The notes below the pieces were generated by a model. That model saw nothing but the letters and a program-made list of their open reading frames with translations, did not search any database and was not told the DNA's origin. The position numbers and the translations under genes are program-made. A stretch of DNA of 64,000 nucleotides from Syntrophales bacterium (GTDB lineage: Bacteria; Desulfobacterota; Syntrophia; Syntrophales; PHBD01), in assembly GCA_963668175.1 (NCBI GenBank), contig OY764159.1:4192001-4256000 (forward strand). Reading direction: 5' to 3'. This document shows positions 9,550 to 17,537 of this stretch, piece by piece; positions within the stretch are counted from its first letter, which is position 1, and each line of letters opens with the position of its first letter.

Positions 9550-10236
9550 ATGGCAGAAGACGCACCTTCCTATCTCAATCACCGCCAGCGCCTGAAAAAG
9601 AAATTCGCCGCTTCAGGCATGGATGCTCTTCATGACTACGAAATCATAGAATTGCTGCTAAGTTATGCGATACCCCGCAGGGACGTCAAACCTCTGGCCA
9701 AGAACCTTATCGCGGCATTCGGCAGTATCAGAAAAATCCTGGATGCCGACCTTCACGAAATAGAAAACATTAAGGGCATGGGCAATCACGCGGCAGTTCT
9801 CATCAAGCTTGTTAAAGACTGCGGCTCGATCTATCTGCGCGAAAAAGCCGAGGAAAAACCGCAAATCAGCTGTACGGAAGAACTTATCGACTACTGCCGA
9901 AATACGATGGGCGGGCTGCAGGACGAGCATTTCCATGTCATTTATTTAAATGCCCGCAATAGAATCATCGAGATGGAGACGATCCACCGCGGTATTGTCA
10001 ACCAGGCGGTCGTTTATCCCCGAAAAATTCTCGAACAGGCTCTAAAGAAGAAGGCTTCGGCGATCATACTCGTTCATAACCACCCTTCCGGCCATGTTCA
10101 ACCGTCGGATGCCGATATCCGCCTGACCAAAACCGTGCAGGAGACGGCCAAGGCACTGGACATTCTGGTCCACGATCACATCATCATCGGAGAAGACCGT
10201 TTTTACAGTTTCCGGGAGGAAGGCGTTATCCGTTGA
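9550..10236 (+). CDS. radC: RadC family (JAB domain) protein
   Basis: HRQRLK, YEIIELLL, VYPR, HNHPSG..PS..D, DHIIIG. Confidence 0.92.
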   Translation: MAEDAPSYLNHRQRLKKKFAASGMDALHDYEIIELLLSYAIPRRDVKPLAKNLIAAFGSIRKILDADLHEIENIKGMGNHAAVLIKLVKDCGSIYLREKAEEKPQISCTEELIDYCRNTMGGLQDEHFHVIYLNARNRIIEMETIHRGIVNQAVVYPRKILEQALKKKASAIILVHNHPSGHVQPSDADIRLTKTVQETAKALDILVHDHIIIGEDRFYSFREEGVIR

Positions 10237-10260
10237 CTCCAGACTCCGTTTCATTCCCAA

Positions 10261-10289
10261 AAAGAAAAGGGGTCTTGACAGACCCCTTT
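10261..10289. terminator. Probable bidirectional terminator between convergent radC and ihfB
   Basis: aaaggggtc-ttgaca-gaccccttt hairpin flanked by A/T runs. Confidence 0.7.
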
Positions 10290-10345
10290 CGTATCATTCC
10301 GTTGACCACACCAATAAAAAAGAACGTATTTCCTGGAAGCGAAGG

Positions 10346-10624
10346 CTATTTCCCGTCGACCTTTTCCTTTAACTCCTTCCCTACTTTGAAAAAAGGAAGT
10401 TTCTTCGGAGCGACCTTGATGCTCTTTCCGGTCTTCGGATTCCTGCCCGTATATGCTTCATACTCCCTGACGACGAAGCTGCCGAAACCCCTTATTTCAA
10501 TCCTGCCGTTCTTCTGCATTTCATCTGTAAAACCCTTAAACACAAGATTCACGACATCAATCGCCTTTTTTTCCGTAAGATTCTCTTTTTTAGCCAAAGC
10601 TTCGATGAGTCCGGACTTATTCAT
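10346..10624 (-). CDS. ihfB: Integration host factor beta-like subunit
   Basis: MNKS.LI, RIEIRGFGSF, YTGRNPKTG, PFFKVGKELKE. Confidence 0.85.
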   Translation of the reverse strand: MNKSGLIEALAKKENLTEKKAIDVVNLVFKGFTDEMQKNGRIEIRGFGSFVVREYEAYTGRNPKTGKSIKVAPKKLPFFKVGKELKEKVDGK

Positions 10625-10676
10625 ACTTCCTCCTTCTTATGATTGCTATTCTTTCAATCTCTTTTCGAGAGTCTTT

Positions 10677-10689
10677 TAATAACTTGATA
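10677..10689 (-). promoter_or_regulatory. IHF-binding consensus upstream of ihfB
   Basis: TATCAAGTTATTA on the minus strand matches WATCAANNNNTTR exactly. Confidence 0.5.
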
Positions 10690-10864
10690 ATATGTTTTTA
10701 CTTTCGGCATCTATGATTTATTTTCGGATGAATGTCAAGACAAATTTACCATGGATATTGGCGGTTATCAGAAACAGACCCCGGCAAAGCGACCCGACAA
10801 CATTAAAGATACTATAGTCATTCAAAAATCACAGAAGTGAAATCATTTCCGGTATATATGGCTC

Positions 10865-11596
10865 TCATGATCGATTGCCGGCGGTCGCCGCCTTGAGTGA
10901 TCGAAGCTCTTGCCCCTGGAGATGCCGATAGGTCCCTTCCTTCAAATCGGCAAGTTGGACCGAAGCGATCGTTGTCCGGATCAGCCTGACCACGGAATAC
11001 CCCAGGGATTCGAATACCCGGCGGATAATCCTGTTTCTGCCTTCGGTGATCGTCAGTGTAAGCCAACAGCTCTTGCGGTTGCTCTTTTCAATACCAATCT
11101 TATCCGGTTTAAAAAGGCCGTCCGGCATGTCTATTCCCGATTCGAGATCGCGAATATTTTTGATCGTCAAACGCCTATTGATCTTGACCCGGTAGGTTTT
11201 GGGAATCCCATGCTTTGGATGCTGCAGTTTATGAGCAAAATCACCGTCGTTAGTTAATATCAGCAAACCCTCCGAATCATAATCAAGCCTCCCCACCGGG
11301 AACACCCTCTCCTGTATTCCCGGCAGCAGGGACGTTATAATCGGTCTGCCCTGCGGATCGTTCAGGGTCGTAACATAGCCGCGCGGTTTGTTCAGGGCAA
11401 GGTACAGTTTCTCATGATCGCAGGAAATCAGGCGGCCGTCGACACGAATTTCGTCGTGATCGCGATCGGCCCGTACCCCCAGCTCTCTGACGACGACATT
11501 GTTAATGCTCACCCTGCCTTCCGTGATCATCTTCTCGGCGGCGCGACGGGATGCAAGACCCGCGTTGGCGATGATTTTCTGAACCCTCTCGTCCAT
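10865..11596 (-). CDS. rluB: RsuA/RluB family pseudouridine synthase
   Basis: S4 domain (ERVQKIIA..GLASRR), NKPRGY, VGRLDYDSEGL; scpAB-rluB order. Confidence 0.9.
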   Translation of the reverse strand: MDERVQKIIANAGLASRRAAEKMITEGRVSINNVVVRELGVRADRDHDEIRVDGRLISCDHEKLYLALNKPRGYVTTLNDPQGRPIITSLLPGIQERVFPVGRLDYDSEGLLILTNDGDFAHKLQHPKHGIPKTYRVKINRRLTIKNIRDLESGIDMPDGLFKPDKIGIEKSNRKSCWLTLTITEGRNRIIRRVFESLGYSVVRLIRTTIASVQLADLKEGTYRHLQGQELRSLKAATAGNRS

Positions 11597-11605
11597 GGCG
11601 CCGTC

Positions 11606-12127
11606 CTATTCCTCGAGCTCCGTCAGTTCCTGCATCGTCGGCAGTTCGGAAAGATCTTTGAGATTGAAGACTTCCAGGAATCTTTTCGTCGTTCCGTAGA
11701 GCATCGGACGGCCCGGGACATCCTTCCTGCCGATAATCCTTATCAGTTTTCTCTCCAGGAGCGTTTTGAGCGATCCGCCGACATCGACGCCTCTGATTTT
11801 ATCCATTTCCGCTTTGACGATAGGCTGTCTATAGGCGATAATCGCCAGGGTTTCCATGGCGGCCGGCGTCATTGCGGAAGGTTTGCCGCCCTTCAGCCGC
11901 TTGATCCAGGATGCCATATCGGCCCGAGTCCTGAACTGGTATCCTCCCGCCACTTCCTGAAGCAGGATACCGCCCTGGCGGCCCTCATATTCCCCGATGA
12001 GTTCTAAAATCAAGCCGCGGATTCTGCCCCGGTCATCCGCTTGAAGCACCTCGACTATTTTATCCAGGGAAAGGGGCACATCGGAGGCAAATATCAGGGC
12101 TTCTATAACGGTCTTTATCTCGTCCAT
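11606..12127 (-). CDS. scpB: SMC-Scp complex subunit ScpB
   Basis: IEALIF, EVAGGYQFRT, ETLAIIAYRQP, GRP.LYGTT. Confidence 0.95.
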   Translation of the reverse strand: MDEIKTVIEALIFASDVPLSLDKIVEVLQADDRGRIRGLILELIGEYEGRQGGILLQEVAGGYQFRTRADMASWIKRLKGGKPSAMTPAAMETLAIIAYRQPIVKAEMDKIRGVDVGGSLKTLLERKLIRIIGRKDVPGRPMLYGTTKRFLEVFNLKDLSELPTMQELTELEE

Positions 12128-12191
12128 ACCATCACATCTTTATTTATGCAGCGATTACGATTATATCTTTCGTTAAACCAGGCCGCATCAA

Positions 12192-12917
12192 TTACGTTTC
12201 AACGGCCAACCTGATCCGGATCGTGTCGAACGGCGCCGATTGATATACCTTGATCATCCTCAGTTTCATCAATTCCAGGATAGCCAGGAATGTATAAACC
12301 ATCGATTTTTTCGTCCTATGCTCTGATAACAACTCGTTGAAGGTCGTCGACTTCTCTACGGTCAGCCTCTCCATGATATCATTAATCCGATCCGTCAGGG
12401 TCATTTTCTCGACATCGATGTCCATCATGAACTTATCATCGATGGAGGCTACAATCCTTTGAAAGGCCTGAAGAAGAACGAACATATCGATCTCTTCGAG
12501 GGGTTCTTCTTCCTCCGCGAAAGAATCCAGAGTGACGGGGTATGTCCGTTTAAAGACGTCTCTTTCCAAAACCGGACGATGCTCGATTTTTAACGCTGCC
12601 TCCTTGAAGGCCTGATACTCGACCAGTTGTTTGACCAACTCCTCCCTGGGATCTTCACCCTCTTCGTCTTCATCCGTCTTTTCCTCATCCACGGGCAGAA
12701 GCATCTTCGACTTGATGTGAAGCAGTGTCGACGCCAAAACCAGGTATTCACCCGCCAAATCCAGATTGAGGGACTGCATGACCCCGAGATAATTGAGGTA
12801 CTGCTCGGTGATCAGGGCGATCGGTATATTATAAATATCGATCTCGTTCTTCTTGATGAGATACAGGAGCAGATCCAACGGCCCTTCAAATATGTCCAGC
12901 TTGATCTCGTAGCTCAT
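12192..12917 (-). CDS. scpA: Segregation and condensation protein A
   Basis: FEGPLDLLLYLI, IKSKMLLP, TFLAILEL. Confidence 0.95.
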   Translation of the reverse strand: MSYEIKLDIFEGPLDLLLYLIKKNEIDIYNIPIALITEQYLNYLGVMQSLNLDLAGEYLVLASTLLHIKSKMLLPVDEEKTDEDEEGEDPREELVKQLVEYQAFKEAALKIEHRPVLERDVFKRTYPVTLDSFAEEEEPLEEIDMFVLLQAFQRIVASIDDKFMMDIDVEKMTLTDRINDIMERLTVEKSTTFNELLSEHRTKKSMVYTFLAILELMKLRMIKVYQSAPFDTIRIRLAVET

Positions 12918-13074
12918 CGGGGTAATTCCGCGGAAATTCGAAAAGATTATTGATACATGGAGTTGTCAGGAGAAGACGGCCATGACACAAGAACCCGCTC
13001 AAAAGCACACTTAAGCGTTAAAATCTTAAAACAGCCACTTGTCCATGGATTGATACGCTTCGTGATGACTGATG

Positions 13075-14064
13075 TCAGATTCTGACGGCGTCTCTCACTT
13101 CTTCCATGGTCAACCTGGCAATCCTGGCGGCCCTGGCGGTACCATCGGCGACAATATCCCGGACTTTCTGTTCATTCTGTCTGTAGTAATCCTGCCGTTC
13201 GTGAATGGGTGCCATGGCCTCACCGAGTACCTTCGCCAGGCGTTTCTTGCAATCGATACATCCGATCGCCGCCTGGCGGCAATCCCGTTCGATCTCGGCA
13301 ACATCCGCCTCGCTCGAATAAATGCCATGAAAAGTGAACACGTTGCAGATTTCAGGCCGCCCCGGGTCCTTTTTCCGTTGTCGCTGGGGGTCTGTAAACA
13401 TCGATGCGACTTTCTTCTCAAGGACCTCGCCCCGGTCGCTCATGTAAATGGAATTGCCGTACGATTTGCTCATCTTGCGGCCGTCGATTCCCAATACCTT
13501 CGGTGTATCGGTTAAAAGCGGTTCCGGAACGGGAAAAATCTCCCGGAACAGGAAATTGAAGCGCCTCGCAATTTCGCGGGTCAACTCGATATGAGGCAGC
13601 TGGTCGAAGCCGACGGGTACGCCGTAAGCCTTGTACAAGATGATATCCGCGGCCTGCAAGACGGGATATCCGAGAAATCCGAAAGTTGACAGGTCCTTGC
13701 CGGTCAATTCCGCCCTCATTTCCTTATAAGTCGGATTCCTTTCGAGCCATCCCAGTGGCGTAATCATGGAAAGTATAACAAACAATTCAGCGTGTTCTAC
13801 CACCCGCGATTGAACAAATAGCGTGCTTCTCTCCGGATCGAGCCCTGCACTTAGCCAATCGATGACCATGTCGAACGTGTTTTCACGGATATGCTCGGTG
13901 CTGTCGTAGTCGCTCGTCAGGGCATGCCAATCGGCCACAAAGTAATAGCAATCGTAATTTCCCTCATTCTGAAGGCGGATCCAATTCTTCAGAGCCCCGT
14001 GCAGGCTTCCTAAATGAAGTTTACCTGTCGGTCTCATTCCGCTTAGTATGCGTTTTTTATCCAA
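13075..14064 (-). CDS. trpS: Tryptophan--tRNA ligase
   Basis: SGMRPTGKLHLG, YPVLQAADI, VPVG.DQ, KMSKS; likely TTG start at 14064. Confidence 0.95.
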   Translation of the reverse strand: MDKKRILSGMRPTGKLHLGSLHGALKNWIRLQNEGNYDCYYFVADWHALTSDYDSTEHIRENTFDMVIDWLSAGLDPERSTLFVQSRVVEHAELFVILSMITPLGWLERNPTYKEMRAELTGKDLSTFGFLGYPVLQAADIILYKAYGVPVGFDQLPHIELTREIARRFNFLFREIFPVPEPLLTDTPKVLGIDGRKMSKSYGNSIYMSDRGEVLEKKVASMFTDPQRQRKKDPGRPEICNVFTFHGIYSSEADVAEIERDCRQAAIGCIDCKKRLAKVLGEAMAPIHERQDYYRQNEQKVRDIVADGTARAARIARLTMEEVRDAVRI

Positions 14065-14181
14065 ATATTCCCCCGTGTTTTTTTCAACCGCTATAACAAA
14101 ATGGGTGACGCCTGTCAATGATACCGTACGGTCTCCAATGAATCTTCTTCATCGACTTGAAAACGCGAGCCCGTAGAAACA

Positions 14182-14220
14182 TTAAAGCCTCCAGCTGGTT
14201 AATAACTCTGGAGGCCTTAA
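14182..14220 (-). terminator. Hairpin/terminator downstream of hup
   Basis: gcctccag...ctggaggc stem flanked by ttaa. Confidence 0.55.
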
Positions 14221-14247
14221 TGCAATCCTAATCTGATGAAAGATCAG

Positions 14248-14520
14248 TTATTTCACTTTATCTGCCAAAGCTTTGCCCGCCTTGAATTTGACGACTTTCT
14301 TCGCGGGAATTTTAATGGTTTTGCCCGTCTGAGGATTTCTGCCCTCTCTGGCCTTCCTTTTGACAACGGCGAAAGTTCCAAAACCGACCAACCCCAATTT
14401 ACCATTCTTTTTCAGCTCTTTGGCAACGGTGTCTACATAGGCTTCCAACGCTTTCGCTGCTGCTGCCTTGGTTATCCCTGCGCCCCCTGCGATAACCCCG
14501 ATCAATTCTGCCTTTGTCAT
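14248..14520 (-). CDS. hup: DNA-binding protein HU
   Basis: MTKAELI, LVGFGTF, REGRNPQTG, KFKAGKAL. Confidence 0.93.
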   Translation of the reverse strand: MTKAELIGVIAGGAGITKAAAAKALEAYVDTVAKELKKNGKLGLVGFGTFAVVKRKAREGRNPQTGKTIKIPAKKVVKFKAGKALADKVK

Positions 14521-15032
14521 TCTTCAATATCCCCCTTTCTTAATAGTGGTGAAATTAGCCACGTTATCGTGGCGTAAACGTTACCGGCGCTGATATTGCC
14601 GGTCAATAACTTTAAAAAAGAGATATACTGCCCTTTTTAAGACTCTCTTATCTGAAGGTGTCACCAGGTCAGGGACACAAACAAACGCCGCGTGCTATCC
14701 CTTTACCTGCAAGAGTTTGAAGCTGACTACCATAAAGAAGGAGCAAAATCAAGAGAAAAATTAACTTGTAACGATTTATTTTATTTTTCCTCATCTTCTA
14801 ACGCAAAATTGGCGGCGGTTTGGTCAATAGCACACTTTGTGAGAGCCTATTTCTCTGACCAAATGGATGTTGACTTCCGTTAATGGAGCAGCACCGCAGG
14901 AATAAGAGGCAGCAGATACACTCATCCTTTGCAGCAGGGCATTTGAACATCCCTGCCGGAGCACATAAACAGGCCATTTCCTGTATAACATAGCAGGACC
15001 GACCACGGTTTCTTCTTTCGCATGAAGAGATT

Positions 15033-16811
15033 TTAGGAGATATGGTAACTTTTTTCCTGAAACAGCCTGAAGCAGGCATCAACAACAGCGGGGTCGTATG
15101 CCATTCCGCGCTTCTGGCTGATTTCGTCGAGTGCTTTGTCCAAACCGAGAGTGGGACGATAAGGACGATGGGAAGACATGGCCTCTACGACATCGGCCAA
15201 GGCAAGGACCTTGGCTTCCAGCAGAATGTCGTCTCCTTTCAGGCCCAGAGGATACCCCGACCCATCTATTCTTTCATGGTGCTGGTATATGATCCGGGCT
15301 ATGGGCCAGGGGAATTCCATGTCTTTCAGGATGTCATAGCCGATCGGCGAATGGGCTTTGATAAGGTCATATTCGATATCCGAGAGCTTCGTCGGTTTAC
15401 TCAATATTTCCGCAGGGATGGATATCTTGCCTATGTCATGGATCAGTGCCGCCATGGCAATACTGTCGATAATGATAACTTCGAGACCCATTTCCTCGGC
15501 AATGGCCCGGGCCAGATTGGCAACCCGCTGTTGATGGCCCGATGTGTAGGGGTCCCTTATTTCGACCGTCATGGATAAGGTCTGAATAATGGACCGCATG
15601 GCCTTCTTCAGGCTCTCGACAACCTTTCGCTCCTGCTCTTCCGCCTTCTTTCGCTTGGTAATTTCCAGAACGGTACCTTCATAACAGGCCAGGTTGTTGT
15701 CTTGATCGCATACGGCTCTTACGGTGAGGGACCCCCACATGACGCTGCGATCCCTCTTATAGAACTGCGCCTCATAGCCCACAACCGATTGCCGATCCCT
15801 CAGCATTCGGTTGATCCGCCGTCTGTCGCTGGAAGTAACATAAAGCTGACGGGAAATATCGGATATATCGGCAATCATATCCTGGGGCGAATCGTAGCCC
15901 ATGATTCTGGCTAAAGACGGATTGACATCGAGAAAACGTTTTTCCTTCGAGCTTTGAAATATGCCTTCTGTCGCATTTTCAAAAATATTCCGGTATTTTT
16001 TTTCGCTTTCGGAAAGGGCGATCTCCATCTTGTGGCGGCTGGTCACGTCCCTGATAATGCCCCGAAATCCCAGGGGACGCCCCGACTCGTCGGCCATGAG
16101 GGATGCGGACAGTTCGCCGTATACCGGTGCGGATTCCTTGTTCCTGAATTCGCACCGCAAAAGACGGATCGGTTCTGCGGCGTCAACCGCATTTTTAAAG
16201 GCAGATTGCAGCTTACTGTGGTTCGCCTCGTCGAGAAGAGAACTGAAGCCCATCCCGGCGAGTTCGCTTCGCGAGTAGCCCAAAAACCTGCCAAGCGAAC
16301 GATTAAAAAACGTCAGACTCCCCGCAAGGTCCGATTCGAAATAGGCGTCATCGATGCTTTCGAGGATCCGCCTGTATTTTTCCTCCGATTGATACAGCGC
16401 TTCAGCAACCTGCCTTCGTTCGCGGCGCATCATCGCTTCATTCAGTTCTCTTTTAACGGCGGGCACAAGACGGGAAAGATTCGCCTTCATGACATAGTCA
16501 TGCGCCCCGGCCTTCATGGCATTGACGGCCTTGTCTTCACCCACCGCCCCCGAAACGATGATGAAAGGCATATCCAGCCCCATGTCCTTATAGAGCGTCA
16601 ACACCTCAATGACGTCGATCTCCGGCAATCTATAATCGCATATGACGACATCCCATGGCCCGTTTTCAAAGGCATCTTTCAACGTCTCACGCGTGTCGAC
16701 GCGCTGGGCGGTCGTATTGAACCCCCCCCGTTCCAGCTCCATTAAAACGGATAAAAAATCCACCTCCGACGATTCTATGATCAGAACATGAATGTCTCTT
16801 TTCACAACCAT
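15033..16811 (-). CDS. REC-PAS-PAS-HD-GYP c-di-GMP phosphodiesterase
   Basis: Receiver domain (VVICDY, GAHDYVMK), two PAS domains, RDPYTSGHQ, HDIGK, HHERIDGSGYP. Confidence 0.92.
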   Translation of the reverse strand: MVVKRDIHVLIIESSEVDFLSVLMELERGGFNTTAQRVDTRETLKDAFENGPWDVVICDYRLPEIDVIEVLTLYKDMGLDMPFIIVSGAVGEDKAVNAMKAGAHDYVMKANLSRLVPAVKRELNEAMMRRERRQVAEALYQSEEKYRRILESIDDAYFESDLAGSLTFFNRSLGRFLGYSRSELAGMGFSSLLDEANHSKLQSAFKNAVDAAEPIRLLRCEFRNKESAPVYGELSASLMADESGRPLGFRGIIRDVTSRHKMEIALSESEKKYRNIFENATEGIFQSSKEKRFLDVNPSLARIMGYDSPQDMIADISDISRQLYVTSSDRRRINRMLRDRQSVVGYEAQFYKRDRSVMWGSLTVRAVCDQDNNLACYEGTVLEITKRKKAEEQERKVVESLKKAMRSIIQTLSMTVEIRDPYTSGHQQRVANLARAIAEEMGLEVIIIDSIAMAALIHDIGKISIPAEILSKPTKLSDIEYDLIKAHSPIGYDILKDMEFPWPIARIIYQHHERIDGSGYPLGLKGDDILLEAKVLALADVVEAMSSHRPYRPTLGLDKALDEISQKRGMAYDPAVVDACFRLFQEKSYHIS

Positions 16812-17064
16812 CCTTACCTTAACCCGTCAATCGCGATTTCATAAATGCAGACCACAGCGCGAACCGCTGTCGATATTTGGACAACAGAATCCGGCCCTCA
16901 TAAAAGCGGGAAATCTTCTGAAACCGTGTAAGTCTTTACCATACACTTCCCGATTCATCAAGCGTTCTTAAGGCCTGCGAGGAAGGAAAGCGTTCGCATT
17001 TCAGCCGTAAGGATGGTTTTCCTTTTGAAGATATACGGAAGATTGATTTTGTGAGGAAGGCAAT

Positions 17065-17108
17065 AAAAAAGGTGGATGGAAAAGGAGGGAGCCTGAAAAC
17101 CATCCACC
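17065..17108 (-). terminator. Intrinsic terminator formed by the last anti-SD hairpin
   Basis: 9-bp stem 17071-17079/17100-17108, followed on the minus strand by TTTTTT (17065-17070). Confidence 0.7.
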
Positions 17109-17267
17109 GATATAAAAACTGAGAGTCTCTTTTCTAACGCCTCTCAGACAATCCGTCTTAGGGGGTCGGTGGATGGAAAGGAGGGTGCTAAAACCATCCA
17201 CCGAATTTACTATTGGTCCAAATTCTACGACATCGACAGACAATCTTTGAGGGATTAAACCCTTCGC
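17065..17267 (-). ncRNA. Putative sigma-54-dependent small RNA with two anti-SD-loop hairpins
   Basis: Bounded by a -24/-12 promoter and a hairpin+U6; two identical stems GGUGGAUGG/CCAUCCACC with CCCUCCUUU in the loops; ends approximate. Confidence 0.72.
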
Positions 17268-17275
17268 CATTTAAG

Positions 17276-17292
17276 TTGCAATATCGATGCCA
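17276..17292 (-). promoter_or_regulatory. Sigma-54 (-24/-12) promoter
   Basis: Minus strand TGGCATCGATATTGCAA: GG-N10-GC, closely matching TGGCAC-N5-TTGCW. Confidence 0.85.
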
Positions 17293-17433
17293 TGGTTACG
17301 ACATGACTCCCTAAATCGCTCAACGGAATTTCAATAGCTGAATATTACGTACATTATTTTATGCAGCGACATAGACGGTTTATCTTTAATAAACTGTGAT
17401 TATTAAAGAATCAAAAAAAAGATTGGCAATAAT

Positions 17434-17526
17434 GTGCGATATTCGCACGGACATAGAGGCAAATCCATACAGGCAGAGGGAGAGAAACTTTGTGCAGATA
17501 ATGCACGGTATGTGCGGTATTCGCAC
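17434..17526. promoter_or_regulatory. Three palindromic enhancer-like sites GTGCR-N5-YGCAC
   Basis: GTGCGATATTCGCAC (17434-17448), GTGCAGATAATGCAC (17492-17506), GTGCGGTATTCGCAC (17512-17526). Confidence 0.75.
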
Positions 17527-17537
17527 GCACCGTTGGT

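Noticed and set aside
9550..10236. radC as a marker of a mobile element
   Set aside because: Full-length chromosomal-type RadC among housekeeping genes; no integrase or att sites seen.
14798..15085. Cys-rich 95-aa ORF
   Set aside because: Overlaps the HD-GYP gene end, has no SD, and shows no coherent metal-binding pattern.
17071..17204. Plus-strand reading as a CsrB/RsmY-like GGA sponge, or as a CRISPR mini-array
   Set aside because: Promoter and U-tract both point to the minus strand; only two repeats with large loops and no cas genes. A plus-strand RNA is not formally excluded.
17001..17270. 89-aa minus-strand ORF (MAKGLIPQ...) over the sRNA
   Set aside because: No SD, its ATG lies at or just upstream of the predicted +1, it runs through the terminator, and it has no protein-like features.
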